Shown piece by piece: positions 52,613-62,710 of a DNA stretch of 64,000 bases; position 1 is the first letter of the stretch; each line of letters starts with the position of its first letter. The notes beneath the pieces are model-generated. The model worked only from the letters and a program-made list of their open reading frames with translations. It was not told where the DNA came from and did not search any database. Made by a program: the position numbers and the translations under genes. Source of the DNA: an uncultured bacterium (GTDB taxonomy: Bacteria > Acidobacteriota > Thermoanaerobaculia > Multivoradales > JAHZIX01); assembly GCA_965368975.1 (NCBI GenBank), contig CBDUPA010000022.1, forward strand, positions 42,550-106,549, given 5' to 3'.

Positions 52613-53797
52613 TCAGACGTCGGTCGACGAGTCGTCGACGCGCGCCGGTGCCAGGCGGTCTCCCAGGTCTTCGATGCGCCGCGGCGTCGCGAGGATCGCG
52701 CGGTAGAGGTCGAGGACCAGGTAGACGGTGAGGAAGGTCAGGTAGGCGAAGAGGGGCATCAGGCCGATGTTGAGCAGATCGCCACCGGGCATCGGGAGGA
52801 CACCGAAAGCCTGTCCCATGAAGGCGAAGTACTCACCATCGAATACCTGCAGCATCAGCTTGACGGCCGTGAACAGCGCGATCGCGGATCCGACGCCGAA
52901 GCCGACAGGTACCAGGCGTAGACCCAACTTGGCCAGGAAGGCGATGATGCCGAGCGCTTCGTCACCGGCGCTGGTGTCACCGCTGACCTCGACGTTGACG
53001 GTGCGTGGTTGCAGCGCGCAGCCGCAGACGAAGAGCAAGAACAGGAAGAGGCCGAAGGCGGTACCGATCATCGCGAAGTCGATGCTGTCGGTGACCTCTC
53101 GTTGCTTGAAGCCAGCGTAGCTCAGGACCACGAGGGCCGCGATGCCGCCACTGACCGAGAGCAGGGCGAAGACGTCCAGGAAGCTGCGGGAACTGAGCCT
53201 GCTCGGCGACCCGCTGATGAGGCTGGCACCGCTGTGCAGGAAGCGGGCGGCAGCGAAATGCAGAACGAAGCCCAGCGGCAAGGTGAGGAAGATGGCCATC
53301 ACCACGGCTTCGAAGGTCTCGACCTTGATGGCGAAGATGATCTGGGTCAGCACCAGGACGATCACCGCCAGGGCGAAGGCGATGTGCCCGAGGTTGCTCA
53401 GCAGGCTGTTGACGCCGTGTAGCAGATTCTCCGACAACATCCCGCGCAGGCCACCGAGGAGGCGGTCGAGCAGGGTCAAGTGCGGTGTCAGGGCCGAGCT
53501 GTCGTCACTGCTGGCCAGGGTGCGGGCGCGTTCCCAGGGGCCGGGACCGGCACTGGCGACACCTGCCCTGCTACCGCTCGCCATGCCACCCGGTGGCGGC
53601 GGGGGCGGCAGCGGACTGCCGGTGGGAAAGCTGATGCCCTCGAGGGTTTGCAGCTCTACCCACTCGCTCATGCCGGGTTGGGAGACGTAGGTGGTGGGTG
53701 GTAGCTCGCCAGCTGCCGCCATTCCTTGCAAGACACTGAAGTCGGCGGGGCCGAGTTGCTGGCCGTCCTTGTAGTAGTACCACTGCTGTTCGCTCAT
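52613..53797 (-). CDS. GYF_2 (DUF4339) domain membrane protein
   Basis: QWYYYKDGQQLGP...L..M...GELPPTTYVSQPGMSEW; C-terminal TM helices. Confidence 0.8.
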   Translation of the reverse strand: MSEQQWYYYKDGQQLGPADFSVLQGMAAAGELPPTTYVSQPGMSEWVELQTLEGISFPTGSPLPPPPPPGGMASGSRAGVASAGPGPWERARTLASSDDSSALTPHLTLLDRLLGGLRGMLSENLLHGVNSLLSNLGHIAFALAVIVLVLTQIIFAIKVETFEAVVMAIFLTLPLGFVLHFAAARFLHSGASLISGSPSRLSSRSFLDVFALLSVSGGIAALVVLSYAGFKQREVTDSIDFAMIGTAFGLFLFLLFVCGCALQPRTVNVEVSGDTSAGDEALGIIAFLAKLGLRLVPVGFGVGSAIALFTAVKLMLQVFDGEYFAFMGQAFGVLPMPGGDLLNIGLMPLFAYLTFLTVYLVLDLYRAILATPRRIEDLGDRLAPARVDDSSTDV

Positions 53798-53905
53798 GGC
53801 TTCCTCCTGGCTCGGCGCGCTCGTGGCGCCCGAGAATCGCGATCTGGTACAGAGTTGTGGCGGAAGTCTACTACAGGGCACGGCAGCGGCCATGGAGGCC
53901 CTGGC

Positions 53906-56900
53906 TCAATCGAGTTCCGTCAGCGGATGGGGCAGCACCGGCGGTCGTGGAATCTCGCTGTCCGGCAGCTTCAGAGACAGGTCGTCGAACAGCAGCTGGC
54001 GCGGTACCGCGGCGCTGACCACGGGCAAGCCGGGTGCTCCGCCGAAACTGGAGCGCAGTGCGGCACCGGGCGACAGGAAGGGCACGCTGTAGGCAATCGG
54101 CTCGCCCGCGGCACCGACGATCTCTTTGAAGGTGTTGTGGTTGATGCCGGTCAGCTGTCCGTTGCGCAGCAGCTCGGTACGGCCATCGGGGTAGAGCTTG
54201 TAAGCCTCGACGACGTTGACGTTACCGCTGCCCTGGATGCGCTGCGCCATGCGGGCGGTGCTGCTGCCCTGGTCCGGCGCCGGTGTGACCAGAGGGTTGT
54301 CGACGCGCCGGATGACGATGGCGTATTCGAGGTCGCGCTCGGCGGCCAGCGCCAGGAGTTCGCGCTGCAGGGTGTCCCTGTCCTGTGGTTGCTCGCTGCT
54401 CAGGATCAGGTTGCTGGGCAGCGGACCGGCGCCGCGGCGACTTCCCGTGGAGCGGGTCTGGACGGGTACCGGGGTGCGGTCGGTGAGCAGGTGCTTGAGG
54501 ATGCCGCGCTCCACCAGAGTGGTGGTGCTCGTCGCGACGCCTTCGTCGTCGATGCGGGCGTCACCGAACAGGGACAGGCCCTCGTAGCTCCGGCGCAGCG
54601 GATCGTCCACCAAGCGGAAGGCGCGCGGCAGAACTCGGCCGCCGACGCGATCCATGAAGGGTGTCTGGGCGGCGGCGAAGTACTGGTCGAGTTGCGGGTT
54701 GTCGGTCACCGGTCGGCGGAAGGCTGGTAGCTGCGGTGCGAAGAGCTGCAGGAACAGCTCGGCTGCTGCCTGGTCCTCGACCAGTACCGGGCCGTTGTAG
54801 CGCGGTGCCGGTGGCGCCGTGCGCAGGTCGAGCAGGCGTGAGCCGAGTTGACGGACGCGCTGCTTGAGTTCGCTGATCGCCGGCAACTCGTTCCAGTCGC
54901 GCGCGATGAGCAGGAAGGCATCGGACAGGTAGCGGCCATCTTCGGCGCGTGTCGAGGCGGTGACCACGACGCTGATGCTGGTCGCGCCCTGGTCGAAGCC
55001 GCCGCCGCCGGAGTTGAGATAGCGGCTGCGGCTGCGGTCGAGGTCGAGGCGTACGCTCGAGTTTTCGATCCCCGGCATGTCGAGGAACTCGGCCGAGAGC
55101 GTGCGCACCAGGTCCTGTGCCGCCTTGCGGTCGAATTCCAGGCCGGGCCGCGTCTCGACGATGAAGTTGAGGTCGGCGGGTGCGAAGTCGAGCAGGTTGC
55201 TGCTGCGGGTGCGGTTCTGGAGCGCGGCTTGCTTGCGCGCCAGGGTTTCGACCGCTTGCTTGTAGGCGCCATCCGTGGCCAGCCACATCTGCCGGCGCAA
55301 TTCGATCTCGTCGTCTTCGAGCGGCAGTATCGCGCTGCCGCTGCGACCGAGCAGGCCCGCGGCCGAGGACAGGCTGAAGAAGTTGGTGTTGTCGAACTCG
55401 GGGCTGCCGACGCGAATCTCGGAGCTGAACCGGCGGCCTCGGTCGTTCAGGTCGCCGAACAACTGGCCGAGGTGCCCGGTGACCCGCAAGCCTTGATAGT
55501 CGTCGACACGGTAGGCCATGTAGTAGGGGCTCTGCAGCTGTTCCAAGCGCAGATCGCGCAGGGAGCGGCTCAGCTCGGTACCCATGGCTTCGAAGATCGG
55601 GTCACCGACCACCGCGGGCGGCAGGGCAAGCTCGCCCTTGTTCGGCGTGCCGTCGGTCTCGGTCGCCGAGACCTCGGGGTCCGCTGCCGAAGGGGCCGGC
55701 AGGATGGGCAGCCGTTCCTGCGACTTGTCCTGCTTTTGCACCTCGATGGTCGACACCAGGATGCCGGGGGAGATCGCTGCCACCGGCACGCCGCCGGACT
55801 CGGCACCGCAGATGCCGTTGAAGACACCGGGTTGATTGTCGGCTGCGACGATGTTGCGGAAGGCAGCCAGGGGGGTGCCGATCAGGTCGACACCGCGCAC
55901 CAGTTCTTCGTGGCCGTCCGGGTAGACCTTGTAGACCAGGGTCGGCAGCACGTTGAACGCATTGGCGATGCGCCGGCCGGTGAGCGTGAAGCCGCCCTGG
56001 ACCTCGGCGAAGCGCAGGCCGAACGGCTTGCCCTCGGCGCGGATGCGTTCTATCAGCATCTGAGTGAGACGGTCGGGTGCCACGCCGTCCTCGGCTTCGA
56101 CCAGCAGGTTGGATTGGCGGGCGACAGCTTGGAAGCCAGGCGCGCGGCGGCCGTGGCCGTTGGACTCGGGGAAGCCTTCGATCGGTGAACGGGACAGCAG
56201 GAAGCCGCGCAGCACGCCGTCGTCGACAACCGTCACGCGCCGTGCGGCGACACCCTCGTTGTCGAAGCGATAGAAACCAGCCAGATCCGTATCGCCGAGC
56301 TGGTCGAGGGTGGGGTCGTAGTGGAGGTCGAAGGCGGGCGGCAGGATCTGCTCGCCGACCTTCTGCTTGAAGGTCTGGCTGTCGTCTTCGCGCTTCAGGC
56401 GATGCCCCTCGACGCGGTGGCCGAAGACCTCGTGGAAGAAGACGCCGGCAGCGCTGCCGGAGAGAATCGCCGGGCCGGAGAAGGGCTCGACCACCGGTGC
56501 CTGACGCAGTGCCTGCAGTTCACCGATCATCTTCTCGGCGGCGGCGGCCAGTTCGGCGTCGTCGGGCAGGTCTTCGGGGTCGTAGGCGAAGTAGCTCTGG
56601 TAGCGCGGCAGTTCCATGCCGTCGTCGGCCTTGGTGTAGGCGGTCAGCCACAGTTGATAGCTGAGGCGGGAGGTCTGCACCTGCGAGCCTTCGCTGTTGA
56701 CGTACCAGCGGTGCTCGACCGCCGCTTCCAGCGTGGCGCGTGCCTCGTACACGTGCTCGATGCTGGCGAACGGTGCGGTGGCTCGGCGCAGCCGCTGCTC
56801 CCACAGCTGACGATCCAGGCGCAGGTCGGCGAGATGCTCGCTGTGCTGGACGGCGGGCGCACCGGCGAAGTCGGCGGATGGATCTTCGCGCTCGACCGCG

Positions 56901-57430
56901 ACCTGCACGTTGGTGCGCACCTGGGTCAGGCGCTCCAGGGCCCGCTTGTAGGCGCGATCCGTGTGGTACCACAGGATGCTGCGCAGCGACGGACCCGCCT
57001 CGACCGGCAGTTCGATGAAGCTGCGACCGCCCTCGCCCAGGTTGGCCAGCGGGCCGCCGCGCAGCGGGTGCGTGTTGTCGAGCTGTGGATCTCCGACGCG
57101 CAGGTCGATGTCGAGCTGGCGATAGCGCTGGTCATAGCTCTCGGCGAGTTGGCCGAAGAGCGCTTGCAGCTCGATCTCGCGCCGCTCCAGCACCTCGTAG
57201 GAGAGGAAGTAGGGCGGCTCCGGCTGGTCAGCCAAGCCCTCCATGGTGCGCTGGAGTTCGAGTTCGAGGCGGCCGAGAGTGACGTCGAACGGAGGGGCGA
57301 CTTCCGTGACGACCCCCGGCGCGACCGGCGGCTTGGGGTCCGAGGGTGCAGCGTGTGCCGGTGCGGGCGGCTGAATCAGGGGCAGCAGCAGGAGGAAGAG
57401 GAGGGAGGCGAGGGCAGGTGATTTGAACAT
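53906..57430 (-). CDS. Exported TldD-like + TldE/PmbA-like fusion metalloprotease
   Basis: Signal peptide; first half FFHEVFGH, FDNEG, SNGHGR, CGAESG; second homologous half (IDDEG, PSNL) lacks HExxH. Confidence 0.82.
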   Translation of the reverse strand: MFKSPALASLLFLLLLPLIQPPAPAHAAPSDPKPPVAPGVVTEVAPPFDVTLGRLELELQRTMEGLADQPEPPYFLSYEVLERREIELQALFGQLAESYDQRYRQLDIDLRVGDPQLDNTHPLRGGPLANLGEGGRSFIELPVEAGPSLRSILWYHTDRAYKRALERLTQVRTNVQVAVEREDPSADFAGAPAVQHSEHLADLRLDRQLWEQRLRRATAPFASIEHVYEARATLEAAVEHRWYVNSEGSQVQTSRLSYQLWLTAYTKADDGMELPRYQSYFAYDPEDLPDDAELAAAAEKMIGELQALRQAPVVEPFSGPAILSGSAAGVFFHEVFGHRVEGHRLKREDDSQTFKQKVGEQILPPAFDLHYDPTLDQLGDTDLAGFYRFDNEGVAARRVTVVDDGVLRGFLLSRSPIEGFPESNGHGRRAPGFQAVARQSNLLVEAEDGVAPDRLTQMLIERIRAEGKPFGLRFAEVQGGFTLTGRRIANAFNVLPTLVYKVYPDGHEELVRGVDLIGTPLAAFRNIVAADNQPGVFNGICGAESGGVPVAAISPGILVSTIEVQKQDKSQERLPILPAPSAADPEVSATETDGTPNKGELALPPAVVGDPIFEAMGTELSRSLRDLRLEQLQSPYYMAYRVDDYQGLRVTGHLGQLFGDLNDRGRRFSSEIRVGSPEFDNTNFFSLSSAAGLLGRSGSAILPLEDDEIELRRQMWLATDGAYKQAVETLARKQAALQNRTRSSNLLDFAPADLNFIVETRPGLEFDRKAAQDLVRTLSAEFLDMPGIENSSVRLDLDRSRSRYLNSGGGGFDQGATSISVVVTASTRAEDGRYLSDAFLLIARDWNELPAISELKQRVRQLGSRLLDLRTAPPAPRYNGPVLVEDQAAAELFLQLFAPQLPAFRRPVTDNPQLDQYFAAAQTPFMDRVGGRVLPRAFRLVDDPLRRSYEGLSLFGDARIDDEGVATSTTTLVERGILKHLLTDRTPVPVQTRSTGSRRGAGPLPSNLILSSEQPQDRDTLQRELLALAAERDLEYAIVIRRVDNPLVTPAPDQGSSTARMAQRIQGSGNVNVVEAYKLYPDGRTELLRNGQLTGINHNTFKEIVGAAGEPIAYSVPFLSPGAALRSSFGGAPGLPVVSAAVPRQLLFDDLSLKLPDSEIPRPPVLPHPLTELD

Positions 57431-57472
57431 CGAAGCTCCAGGGTTCGGCGCGGCGTGAGCCACACCGAGCGC

Positions 57473-58042
57473 TCATTCTCTGTCGTGATGATCCCAGCCC
57501 TGGCGGTGGCGCAGGGTGGTGATGTGGGCGACGTGGTGCCGGCCATGCCAGGCGTAGGTCTGGACGGAACCGCCGACGGTCTTCTCGCCTTCTTCCGGAT
57601 GATCGTAGGTCCGCGTCAGGTCGTCCTCGTCGAGGGTGCCCAGCAGATTGACCCAGCGCTCGTGGACTGCCGCGAGCAACTGCAGGGAGACCTCGATCGG
57701 CGTTTGTTCGACGTCGGGGAGGTTGGCCCACGCTTTCTCGTTGTACGGCGCGATGCGCGGGTGCGTTTCAGTGAGCGCCAGCTTGCTGCGCTGGTAGCCG
57801 TTGAGGTGGCTGTCGGCCATGTGGTGGACTACTTGCCGCACGGTCCAGCCACCTTCGCGGTAGGGGGTGTCGAGCTGTTCCTCGCTCAGCCCCTCGACGG
57901 CTTGGCGTAGCGCCTGCGGCGTCTGGCGCAACTGCTGCAACCACTGTCGGTACTTGGCGGGGGTGATGTCTGAGTCCAGTTCGAAGGGACCGATGGGGTA
58001 GCGTGGATCACTGTCGGCTCCGGCTGTTGGGGCGTCACTCAT
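57473..58042 (-). CDS. YfiT/DinB-family putative bacillithiol transferase
   Basis: RYPIG, LDTPYREGGWTVRQVVHHMADSH, YAWHGRHHVAHI. Confidence 0.88.
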   Translation of the reverse strand: MSDAPTAGADSDPRYPIGPFELDSDITPAKYRQWLQQLRQTPQALRQAVEGLSEEQLDTPYREGGWTVRQVVHHMADSHLNGYQRSKLALTETHPRIAPYNEKAWANLPDVEQTPIEVSLQLLAAVHERWVNLLGTLDEDDLTRTYDHPEEGEKTVGGSVQTYAWHGRHHVAHITTLRHRQGWDHHDRE

Positions 58043-58147
58043 GGCATCTCCTGGGGCATTAGGAGCCTGGGCTGGCAAGGCCTGGGCGAGAAAACCTGGT
58101 TGGGCAAAGACACTCTGGCATACAAGGTGAAGGTGGTTGGTGGTCGC

Positions 58148-60403
58148 TCAGGGCAGGTCGACTTCTTCCCCCCACACGTAGCGCGCGAACCACTGCCAGT
58201 TGTGCCACAGCGCGGCAAGCTGCTCTTTGGGGCGCGAGATGCCGTGTCCGAAATCCTGGTAGACGACCAGCCGCACGTCGACGCCCTGGTCCTGCAGACC
58301 CTGGTACAGCTTGTAGGCATTCGGGATCGGCACGCGCTGGTCGTTCTCGCCGTGCTGGATCAGGGTCGGCGTGGTGGCCTGCTGGATGTACGTCATGGGT
58401 GATGTCTTGGCGTAGATCTCGGGATCGTCCCAAGGATTGGCCTTCAGGTACTGGCGGGTGAAGGGGTGGATGTCGGTGTTGACGTAGTAGGTCTCCCAAT
58501 CGGAGATCCCGGCACCCACCGAGATGGCACGGAAGCGGCCGCTGGTGGTGGTCAAGAAGGCCGAAATATAACCGCCCTGGCTCCAGCCCATGGCGCCGAG
58601 TCGCTCGGGGTCGGCGAGCCCCAGCTCGACCAGGTGATCGACGCCAGAGAGCACGTCCCAGGCGTCGCCGACCCCCAGGTTGCGCACGTTGAGCGCCCGG
58701 AAGTCGGCGCCGTAGCCGGTCGAGCCGCGGTAGTTGGGTTCCAGCACCAGCGCCCCCTTGGCTAGCCACTGCAACGCCGGGTAGACGTAGCCGGGCGTCG
58801 GGCCGGGCAGGCTGATCGCCGCCGGTCCGCCGTGGATGATCACCATCAGCGGCCGCGCTTCACCTGCTTGCCAATCCGCTGGCTTGTGCAGCACGCCCTC
58901 GATGGTAGCGCCGTCGTGGCTGGTCCACTGGATCACTTCGGCCTGACCCAGCGTCCATCCCTCCAGCTGGTGGTTGGTGTGGGTGACGCGTACCGGCTCG
59001 AAGGTACCGGCCTGGGCCTGGGTGACATCCAGGCGGTAGATCTCTTGCATGGCATCCGGCGTCTGCACCGACAGCGCCATGATCTCGCCGTCCTTGCTGG
59101 TCGTGAAGCCGTGGATGCGCAGGTCCGGGCGTGCGGTCGACAGCGCCGCGACGGCACCGTTGTCGACGTCCAACTCGTAGAGCCCGCGCCGTGTCCCCTG
59201 GTAGGCGGTGAAGAAGACTCCTGCTGGTGTCACGGTGACGCCCTGTGGGTTCTCGTCGAGCTGCACGGGGATGATGCGCGGCGCGCCGGCGGTCTCGGTG
59301 TCCGCGCCGACCGTCACCAGGCCGAGTTGTTCGTTGACGTAGAAGTTCGACGTGGTGTTGCCGTTGGCGGTGAAGAACAGCAATCGCTCGCCGTCGGGCA
59401 GCCACATAGGGACTCCGTCGACACCTGGGCGTTCGACGACCATCCGAAGCTGCGGTAGGTCTGCTTCGCTCTCGCTCTCGCTCTCGCTCTCGCTGTCTCC
59501 GTCCTCGGGTTTGTCCTCTTGCCGGCAGGGGACCGGAGCCGTCAGAGCTGGTACGTCCAGCACGCCGATGTCGGTCGTCACATAGCCGAGGATCGTCGGA
59601 TTGTCGGCACGCTGAACGGCGATGCGGGTGCCATCGGGGGACCAGTCGAAGTCGCCGATATGGAACTCACCGCCGGTCAGGCGTACCGGCTCTGGCAGGT
59701 CGCACGCCGCTGCTTCGGGAGACGCCGCCAGGCGTGGTGGTAGGTCTTGCAACCACAGGTGGCTGAGCCGGTACTCTTGATCTTCGATGGCGAAGTCGCC
59801 GTATTTCTTGGACTGGGCTTCGCGAGCTTCGTCGTCGTCGGCGCGCGTGTAGGCTAGTCGCTTGCCGTCGGGCGAGAAGGCGAAGTCGCCGATGCCGCCA
59901 TCGACCGACGTGAGCGCGAAGGCCTCACCGCCGCTGACGTGGATCAGGTGGAGCTGTCCCTCGCCGCCACGGCGTGCCTGAAAGGCGAGCCACTGGCTGT
60001 CCGGCGACCACGTCGCGTTGCCGCTCGAGCCGTCCTCGGTACGCGTCAGCTGGAACGGAGTGGCGCCATCGCTCGGAGCGAGCCAGATTTCCGTGTCGAA
60101 CCGGTTGTTCTCCCAATCCGTGGTGCGCAGGGTGAAGGCGACGTGGCTGCCGTCCGGCGAGATGCGCGCGCCGCCGGCGCGCCGCAGGTCGATCACGTCC
60201 TCGAAGCTGGGGCCGGGGACGCTTGGCTCAGGCTTGGCGTCTGGTGCGGCTGTAGCCTCTTCCTGCGCTGCAGGCTCTTGCTGAGCACCAAGCGTGGTGG
60301 CGCCAAAGCCGAGAAGCAGGCCCAGAACCCAGCCACAGGTCGACCAGGAAAGTGTGCGACTGTTCGAGGTAGGAGGTTTCGAAAGCGAAATCTGCTGAAT
60401 CAT
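58148..60403 (-). CDS. Exported S9-family serine peptidase (PD40 propeller + catalytic domain)
   Basis: SPDG repeats; IHGGP, NYRGSTGYG, GWSQGG, HGENDQRVP, GHG. Confidence 0.92.
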   Translation of the reverse strand: MIQQISLSKPPTSNSRTLSWSTCGWVLGLLLGFGATTLGAQQEPAAQEEATAAPDAKPEPSVPGPSFEDVIDLRRAGGARISPDGSHVAFTLRTTDWENNRFDTEIWLAPSDGATPFQLTRTEDGSSGNATWSPDSQWLAFQARRGGEGQLHLIHVSGGEAFALTSVDGGIGDFAFSPDGKRLAYTRADDDEAREAQSKKYGDFAIEDQEYRLSHLWLQDLPPRLAASPEAAACDLPEPVRLTGGEFHIGDFDWSPDGTRIAVQRADNPTILGYVTTDIGVLDVPALTAPVPCRQEDKPEDGDSESESESESEADLPQLRMVVERPGVDGVPMWLPDGERLLFFTANGNTTSNFYVNEQLGLVTVGADTETAGAPRIIPVQLDENPQGVTVTPAGVFFTAYQGTRRGLYELDVDNGAVAALSTARPDLRIHGFTTSKDGEIMALSVQTPDAMQEIYRLDVTQAQAGTFEPVRVTHTNHQLEGWTLGQAEVIQWTSHDGATIEGVLHKPADWQAGEARPLMVIIHGGPAAISLPGPTPGYVYPALQWLAKGALVLEPNYRGSTGYGADFRALNVRNLGVGDAWDVLSGVDHLVELGLADPERLGAMGWSQGGYISAFLTTTSGRFRAISVGAGISDWETYYVNTDIHPFTRQYLKANPWDDPEIYAKTSPMTYIQQATTPTLIQHGENDQRVPIPNAYKLYQGLQDQGVDVRLVVYQDFGHGISRPKEQLAALWHNWQWFARYVWGEEVDLP
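59467..59494. repeat. Hexamer microsatellite encoding (SE)n in the S9 peptidase
   Basis: (CTCGCT)n run. Confidence 0.7.
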
Positions 60404-60512
60404 GCTGGCGTCTCTCCGGAACGTGAAGACGGGAGGGCGGGAAACGGGGAAGGCGGAAGTCAGGACTATAGCAGTAGCCCCCCTCCGGCGAGCTTGGCGT
60501 CGTGTCGTCGCC

Positions 60513-60540
60513 TGTAACCTTTTCTCCTCCCCGTGCGTTG
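60513..60540 (+). promoter_or_regulatory. Probable autoregulatory ECF sigma promoter
   Basis: TGTAACC-N16-CGTTG immediately upstream of the ECF gene. Confidence 0.55.
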
Positions 60541-60551
60541 AGTACAGTGGG

Positions 60552-61160
60552 ATGGAAAGCATGCAGCCACCTTCGACATCCAATTCGACAAGTCCAGCCA
60601 CAGCCGGCGCTACAGGCGACGGCGAGAAGCTGCGCGCGCACATGGACAAGGTGTACTCGTTCGCCTACTACTACCTGGGCAACCGCGAGGACGCCGAGGA
60701 CGTGGCGCAGGAGGTGTTGATCCGCTACTGGAACCACCGCGCACAGCTCGACCCGGACGGTACCCCGGCCTGGCTCAACCGGGTGACCCGCAACGCTTGC
60801 TTCGACCAGCTGCGTCGGCGCAAGACGCGGCGCGCGGTGCTCGACCAAGACGGTGACGCCAAGACCGAGCGTGCTCCATCCCCGGGCCTCGACCCGGAGC
60901 GCCAGGCGACCGGCAACGACTTTCAGCGTCACCTGAAGCGCGCTCTGACCGCCGTGCCCGAGCCCTACCGCTCGGTGGTCATCCTGCGCGAGATCCAAGA
61001 TCTGAAGTACGGTGAGATCGCCGGCCGTCTGGAGATGCCGCTGAACACCGTCAAGACCTACCTGCACCGCGGCCGCCGCCAGTTGCGCGAGTTGCTGCGG
61101 GAGGTGTACGACCATGAAGAACGAGATGAAGGACGACCTCTTGCCGTCACCGCACTCTGA
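60552..61160 (+). CDS. ECF sigma factor
   Basis: DAEDVAQEV, AWLNRVTRNACFD, YGEIA..L.MPLNTVKTYLHRGR. Confidence 0.92.
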   Translation: MESMQPPSTSNSTSPATAGATGDGEKLRAHMDKVYSFAYYYLGNREDAEDVAQEVLIRYWNHRAQLDPDGTPAWLNRVTRNACFDQLRRRKTRRAVLDQDGDAKTERAPSPGLDPERQATGNDFQRHLKRALTAVPEPYRSVVILREIQDLKYGEIAGRLEMPLNTVKTYLHRGRRQLRELLREVYDHEERDEGRPLAVTAL

Positions 61161-61959
61161 AACGCACGTGGCCGAGCTGACCTGCTGCGACGTGCTCGAC
61201 CAGCTCGAAGCGCACCTCGATGGTGAGTTGGCGCCGACGCGCCTGGCTGCGATGACGCGTCACCTGCGTATCTGCGCCGCCTGTGCGGACGAACTGGCCT
61301 GGGCGCGTCAAGTTCGCGGTGGCCTGCGCGGGTTGCCGCGGCTGACCTGCCCGCCGGGACTGCTAGAGACCGCGGCTGCTACCGGCAATTCCGCCGCGTC
61401 GACGAGCGAGCCGCTCGCCGACGTCGTGTCCCTGGCGTCGCGGCGGCCCCGATCTGCTGTGCCCGAGACGGTGGCTGTTCGTCGAGACGTCCGTGCGTGG
61501 CGTCCGCTGCTGGCCGCTGCCATCGGAGGGTTGGCTGTCGCCCTGACGCTGCTGTGGGTACCCGGGCTCAGCGGGCCGGGAGCGCCGACGGACGCAACGA
61601 CGCAGGGCGCCGATGCTGCCACGGCTGGAGTGTCCATGGCCGAGGTGGCTGCGGCAGGTGTCGAAGTGCTCGAGTCGACGGCGTCGCCGGCCGATCCGTT
61701 CGCGCTGGACACCGTGCCCAGGGTCTCGCCTCTCGGGCCTGCCGCTGTTCCGGGCGGCGCCGTGCCCGCCGCCGCAGCGCTCGACGCGCAGGCACTGGCG
61801 CAGGCCGAAGACGAGATGCGCTTCGCCCTGGCGTACATCAATGGTATCCACCGGCAGGCCGCGCTGGCGCTGCGCGACCAGATGCGCGAACATGTGGCGG
61901 CGGCACCCTATCGGAGCTTGCAACGGTTGTCGTTGATCGATACGCCCAGTAGTTCCTGA
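61114..61959 (+). CDS. Zinc-binding (zf-HC2) transmembrane anti-sigma factor
   Basis: HLDGEL...HLRICAAC, followed by a TM helix. Confidence 0.85.
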   Translation: MKNEMKDDLLPSPHSETHVAELTCCDVLDQLEAHLDGELAPTRLAAMTRHLRICAACADELAWARQVRGGLRGLPRLTCPPGLLETAAATGNSAASTSEPLADVVSLASRRPRSAVPETVAVRRDVRAWRPLLAAAIGGLAVALTLLWVPGLSGPGAPTDATTQGADAATAGVSMAEVAAAGVEVLESTASPADPFALDTVPRVSPLGPAAVPGGAVPAAAALDAQALAQAEDEMRFALAYINGIHRQAALALRDQMREHVAAAPYRSLQRLSLIDTPSSS

Positions 61960-61987
61960 CTCAATCCCTGCAGAAGCGAGACTGTCC

Positions 61988-62710
61988 ATGCCAAGCTCGA
62001 GATTCGCCTCCCCGGTTTCTGTCACCGCTGCGCTGCTGATCGTCGCGCTATCGTGGCTTGTTGTTCCGGTGCCGGCCGTCCAGGCGCAAGACCTCCTGGA
62101 GGCGCTGCGCAGCGAGCCTGGTTTTGTCGATCTGGAGAGCCTGGACGTCGGCCTGAACTCGGAGCGGCAAGTCGTCGACATTCATCTCACAGGACCGCTG
62201 ATCAAGATGATCGGTGAGGCGACGCGCGAGGAAGATCCCGAGTTCGCCGACCTGGTGGCCGGTTTGCAGTTGGTGCGCGTCAACATCTTCAACCTGGAAG
62301 GCGAAGACGAGACCGATGTCGACATCGAACGCCTCGACCGCCGCACGCGTGCCATGCTGGGTGTCTTGCAAGAAGAGGGCTGGCTACCGGTCGTGCAAGT
62401 GCGCGACGACGGCGATCACATCTACGTCGCGATCAAGATGCGTGGCGACCGCATCGCGGGACTCACCGCACTGTTCCGCGACACCACGCAGCTGGGGCTG
62501 GTCAATATCGTCGGAGATCTCGACCCGGTGCAGATCGGCCGCATCGGTCAGCGTCTCGGGCTCGATCCGCTGCAGCAGCTCGGGGAGTCGATGCACGAGG
62601 GCGACGCCGCTGGTGCCAGTGACGGAGGCGCCAGTGACGGAGGCGCCAGTGACGGAGGCGCCAGTGACGCGGAATCGGCGCCGGCAGCGCCGGAGGAGTC
62701 CGAGCCGTGA
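61988..62710 (+). CDS. DUF4252-family exported protein
   Basis: Signal peptide; PGFVDL, GWLPVVQVRD, VNIVGDLDP. Confidence 0.75.
   Translation: MPSSRFASPVSVTAALLIVALSWLVVPVPAVQAQDLLEALRSEPGFVDLESLDVGLNSERQVVDIHLTGPLIKMIGEATREEDPEFADLVAGLQLVRVNIFNLEGEDETDVDIERLDRRTRAMLGVLQEEGWLPVVQVRDDGDHIYVAIKMRGDRIAGLTALFRDTTQLGLVNIVGDLDPVQIGRIGQRLGLDPLQQLGESMHEGDAAGASDGGASDGGASDGGASDAESAPAAPEESEP
62615..62669 (+). repeat. 15-bp perfect coding tandem repeat, 3.7 copies (ASDGG)
   Basis: GCCAGTGACGGAGGC x3 + GCCAGTGACG. Confidence 0.9.

Noticed and set aside
62615-62669. CRISPR-like repeats (also 51191-51261 and 23309-23348)
   Set aside because: Head-to-tail tandem repeats with no spacers and no cas genes
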